From: Bacilli bacterium
GTDB lineage: Bacteria; Bacillota_I; Bacilli_A; RF39; UBA660
Length of the DNA stretch: 64,000 nucleotides
Assembly (NCBI GenBank): GCA_017542065.1
Contig: JAFXXX010000021.1
Location: forward strand, 6,650 to 70,649
Direction: 5' to 3'
Made by a program: the position numbers and the translations under genes. The notes under the pieces are model-generated. The model did no database searches, was not told the DNA's origin, and saw only the letters and a program-made list of their open reading frames with translations. Below, piece by piece: positions 60,398 to 64,000 of this stretch. Numbering within the stretch: the first letter of the stretch is position 1; each line of letters opens with the position of its first letter.

Positions 60398-62545
60398 CTA
60401 AAAAGCATTAGGATTAATATCGAATTGGACATTGATTATACTATTAGTAATAGTTATATTTCTAACATCATTTAATAGTTTAATTATGTTTTCTTTATCT
60501 CTGTATTTAATAATAATTTCAAAGTAATATATATTATTAATTCTTGAAAGTGATCCAATAGAAGGACCAAGTACTATTTCTTTATCTATATTACTTCTTA
60601 GATAGTCTCCTATTTTATTAGCTTCCTTTAATGTATTATTAAAGTCTTTACCACCTACTTTTATTAAAGCAATAAATGAATATGGTGGATAATATAATTT
60701 CTTTCTAATAGCTATTTCTTCATTATAGAAGTCTTCATAGTTATTAGATGATGTTAATTTAATAGCATAATTATCTTTATTATATGTCTGGATAACTACT
60801 TTACCTTTTAAATTAGATCTACCTGCTCTACCTGATACTTGACTTATTAAATCATATGTTTTTTCTGATGATCTAAAGTCAGGTAAATTAAGAATAGTAT
60901 CTGCATTTATGACTCCAACTAATGTTACTAATGGAAAATCAAGACCTTTAGATATCATTTGAGTTCCAACAAGAATATCTGCTTCATGATTCATAAATTT
61001 ATCTATTATTTTATTATGAGAACCTTTATTACTTGTAGTATCTATATCCATTCTAAGAACCTTAGCATCTGGAAATAACTTATTTATTTCTTCTTCTACT
61101 TTTTCTGTTCCAAGACCTACATTATTAAGAGGTCCACCGCATTTAGAACATACCTTCTTATTATTATCAGCATACCCGCAATAATGACATCTATTCATAT
61201 CACTAGTTTTATGATAAGTAAGAGTAATATCGCAATTAGGACACTTAGTTACTTCTCCACAATTAGAACACATTAAATAATTAGAATAACCTCTTTTATT
61301 AAGTAAAAGCATTACTTGTTCATGTTTATTTAATCTATCTTCTATAGATAAAAGTAATTCTTCTGAGAATATCTTATTACCTTTTTTAACTTCCTTAGTC
61401 ATATCTACTATATTAACAAGTGGAAGTGATGCATCTTTAGCTCTTTTATCTAATTTAACTAATTCATAGTATCCTTTTTTAGCCCTAGCATAGTCTTCTA
61501 TAGTTGGTGTAGCACTTCCTAGTATAACCTTACAATTATGAGTTTTACCTCTTAAAATAGCCACATCTATAGCATTATATCTAGGATTATGATCTTGTTT
61601 ATAAGAATCAGAATGTTCTTCATCTATAATTATTATTCCTAGGTTATTTAAAGGGGCAAATATAGCAGATCTAGCTCCAATAACTATATTTACTTCTTTA
61701 TTTAAAATCTTTCTATATTCGTCGTATTTTTCCCCTTGGGATAGTCCACTATGAAGAACTGCTATTTTATTAAAATGCTTTTTAAATCTATTAATAATTT
61801 GAGGAGTTAAACTTATTTCTGGAACAAGTAATATAGCCTCTTTACCCTTATCAATAGTATCTTTAATCAAATGCATATATATTTCTGTTTTACCAGATCC
61901 TGTAATACCATTTAATAAAATAACATCTTTATCACTATCATTAATTTGATTATATGCATTTACTTGTGATGGATTTAATTTAACTAAATCCTCTATTTCA
62001 TTATTATCATTTAATCTATAATATTCCTCTGAATATTTCTCAATAATACCCTTTTTAATTAATGCATTAATAGATGCATTATCAAATTTAGTAGTTAAAC
62101 TACTCTTATTCTTAAGTAAGTAAGATACTATTTCTTTTTGCTTTTCAGATCTAGATGTACTAATAAACTCTACTACATCATCACTAACTAATCTAATATA
62201 ATTCTTAGTTCTAATAGATACTTTTCTTTTATTACTAGCTTTGTATCCTACTGGTAACATACTTTGATATACAGAAGTTAAATTGCATATATTATTCTTA
62301 CTTATTTCTTTACCAAGTTCTAATAATTCCTTATTAAGTATTACTTCAGAGTCTATAACTTCAATAATATCTTTTAAATCATAGTCACTTTCATTTTTAA
62401 TATTAATTATAAAACCCTCTAAAGTTTGTTTTCCAAAAGGAACTAATACTCTTTTCCCTAGGCAAATACTACCCTTTAGATTCTCAGGTACATTATAATC
62501 AAATACTTTATCTATATTTATTTCTACTAATACTGATATAACCAT
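60398..62545 (-). CDS. priA: primosomal replication restart helicase PriA
   Basis: GITGSGKTE, IIDEEH and Cys-rich zinc insertions CSNCGEVTKCPNCD...CHYCG. I place the start at ATG 62545, after SD AAGGAGG and a TGTTATAAT promoter. Confidence 0.93.
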   Translation of the reverse strand: MVISVLVEINIDKVFDYNVPENLKGSICLGKRVLVPFGKQTLEGFIINIKNESDYDLKDIIEVIDSEVILNKELLELGKEISKNNICNLTSVYQSMLPVGYKASNKRKVSIRTKNYIRLVSDDVVEFISTSRSEKQKEIVSYLLKNKSSLTTKFDNASINALIKKGIIEKYSEEYYRLNDNNEIEDLVKLNPSQVNAYNQINDSDKDVILLNGITGSGKTEIYMHLIKDTIDKGKEAILLVPEISLTPQIINRFKKHFNKIAVLHSGLSQGEKYDEYRKILNKEVNIVIGARSAIFAPLNNLGIIIIDEEHSDSYKQDHNPRYNAIDVAILRGKTHNCKVILGSATPTIEDYARAKKGYYELVKLDKRAKDASLPLVNIVDMTKEVKKGNKIFSEELLLSIEDRLNKHEQVMLLLNKRGYSNYLMCSNCGEVTKCPNCDITLTYHKTSDMNRCHYCGYADNNKKVCSKCGGPLNNVGLGTEKVEEEINKLFPDAKVLRMDIDTTSNKGSHNKIIDKFMNHEADILVGTQMISKGLDFPLVTLVGVINADTILNLPDFRSSEKTYDLISQVSGRAGRSNLKGKVVIQTYNKDNYAIKLTSSNNYEDFYNEEIAIRKKLYYPPYSFIALIKVGGKDFNNTLKEANKIGDYLRSNIDKEIVLGPSIGSLSRINNIYYFEIIIKYRDKENIIKLLNDVRNITITNSIINVQFDINPNAF

Positions 62546-62595
62546 ATTTGCCTCCTTACTTAAATTATAACACAAAAAAAGTAAGAGATAATCTC

Positions 62596-64000
62596 TTACT
62601 TTTGTCTGTTTCTTTGAACTGTTCTAGTTTCTTCTTTATAACCAGTTTGGATATATTTTTCTCTACTCTTACCAGTAGCTACCCAATCTTCACCTGGATT
62701 AGTTTCAGACCACATATATTCAGTTTTAGATTCAGTATTTAAATACTTATATCTATATTGAGTTTTAGTTTTAATATTATAAGTATATTCACCAAGTAAA
62801 TCTTTACTTAATACCCATTTACCAAAATCAATGTATTTAACTGTAGATGATCCTCTAGTTTCACCAGTATATTCATAACCTGTTTCAGGTGTACTAGATT
62901 TAGTCCATTTAGTATCTTCAATATATTTAGTTCTAGTTAAATCAGCATACTTATATTGAACAGCTGTTGAAATATTATATGTATATTCACCAAGCTTTTC
63001 TTTAGAAGTTACCCACTTACCTAATGAAGTATATTTATTTGTAGTTCTAGTACCAGTTTCACCAGTTTTTTCATAATTAGCTGGAGCAGTAGCACTATCT
63101 GACCACATCTTATCTTCAACTGTTGTACTCTTTAATGTATAACCATCTTTAACTAAACTATCTTTATCAGCTTTCTTGTAAACTGTTTTAGTATCTACTT
63201 TAGAAGTAGATTCATTTTTACAATCTTGATAATAATATTGATATTGTGTACTCTTACTTTCTTTATAAACATTATAATAATAAATTATACTGTTTGAAGA
63301 ACAGTTAGTTCCACAATTATAGTTATCAACTTTACTTACTAATTCATATTTATATTTAGTACCACCAGTTTCAACGATTGTTGGCATAACTGTAGTAGAC
63401 TTATATGAACTTTGAATTAAGTTATATGTTGAAGTTGTTTTTGAATTATAACTGCTTCCCCATTTTTTAGAAGTAGTATTTGAAGGTTTACTTGATCTCC
63501 AAGTAGTATCCTTCTTCCAATCAGAACATACAGTTTCTGAAGACTTAATAGTTTTAGTTAAAACATATTTAGTCTTAGCATATTCATATCTTGGAGTTTT
63601 AATAACTTCAAGTTTTTCACCTGTATATAGAGTTCTCTTAGAATATAATCTATGAGTTTCAGTTTCTTTTTCAGTTGTGTTAACCCATTCACCTATAGTC
63701 CAGTTTTCTTTATAACCATATTTAATATGTTTATATTCTCTATCATCAGAAGTAACCTTCTTTTGACCTGTATATAGAGTTCTTGTTTCAGCTAACTTAA
63801 CTGTATTAGATTCAGTTACTTTAGTATCAGTCCATTGACCTAAAACCCAAGTATCTTTCTTAAGATCTCTCTTATACTCATATTCCTTTACATATTTTCC
63901 TGTTGGAACTTTAACTGTAATAGTACCTTCATCATCAGTTACTACAACTGGTTTCTTAGGTTCTTCCTTCTTTTCTTCTTTTACTTCTTCTTTCTTACAG
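62596..64000 (-). CDS. Tyr/Lys/Thr/Trp-rich tandem-repeat protein, partial (N-terminus outside window)
   Basis: I translated this frame by hand upstream of Met 63387 and it stays open to base 63999 (...[55 protein letters not shown]...). It contains two families of internal repeats. Confidence 0.7.
   Translation of the reverse strand, partial: CKKEEVKEEKKEEPKKPVVVTDDEGTITVKVPTGKYVKEYEYKRDLKKDTWVLGQWTDTKVTESNTVKLAETRTLYTGQKKVTSDDREYKHIKYGYKENWTIGEWVNTTEKETETHRLYSKRTLYTGEKLEVIKTPRYEYAKTKYVLTKTIKSSETVCSDWKKDTTWRSSKPSNTTSKKWGSSYNSKTTSTYNLIQSSYKSTTVMPTIVETGGTKYKYELVSKVDNYNCGTNCSSNSIIYYYNVYKESKSTQYQYYYQDCKNESTSKVDTKTVYKKADKDSLVKDGYTLKSTTVEDKMWSDSATAPANYEKTGETGTRTTNKYTSLGKWVTSKEKLGEYTYNISTAVQYKYADLTRTKYIEDTKWTKSSTPETGYEYTGETRGSSTVKYIDFGKWVLSKDLLGEYTYNIKTKTQYRYKYLNTESKTEYMWSETNPGEDWVATGKSREKYIQTGYKEETRTVQRNRQK

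Overview
This is a 64-kb chromosomal window from a very AT-rich (by eye below 30% GC) Gram-positive Bacillota genome. Lineage is inference: the PASTA-domain PBP, Prp/L27 propeptide system, MurT/GatD pair and a Lys/Glu-tailed S2 give an Erysipelotrichia/Mollicutes-relative flavour. About 60 genes are tightly packed and all but four lie on the minus strand. The standard code gives full-length proteins. Many units end in hairpin plus T-run terminators that overlap stop codons, and many start at extended -10 promoters (TGnTATAAT). I saw no rRNA, tRNA, CRISPR array or transposase. Housekeeping content: (1) scattered cell-wall and division genes, namely murD, nagZ, pbp2B, ftsL, rsmH, mraZ, ftsZ, ftsA, divIB, murB, murG, mraY, a VanY-like carboxypeptidase, murT/gatD and a YkuD L,D-transpeptidase; (2) DNA metabolism genes recG, ruvAB, xseAB, mutS, dnaG and priA; (3) translation and RNA genes dtd, rel, tgt, queA, obg, trmB, rplU-prp-rpmA, nusB, trmK, sigA, rpsP, khpA, frr, tsf and rpsB, plus secDF and yebC. 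The most system-like accessory content is a 3.3-kb block at 3445-6789 containing an HTH-WYL regulator, a double-SIS-like protein, a 348-aa unknown protein and a lipoprotein, arranged as two transcription units between murD and nagZ-recG. It is flanked upstream by a compact promoter-to-terminator candidate sRNA. A second candidate sRNA sits divergent from recG. Other points worth a second look: a GatD homolog lacking the Cys/His glutaminase residues; a rearranged dcw cluster with a textbook triple GTGGG MraZ operator; a probable -1 frameshift splitting an orphan gene at a T6 run; an alpha-CTD-like orphan upstream of obg; SecDF with an extra N-terminal membrane module; S2 with a Rho_N-like C-terminal tail; a family of zinc-ribbon membrane proteins; and several repeat-rich surface proteins. 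All functional calls rest on motif recognition by eye, since no database search was possible.
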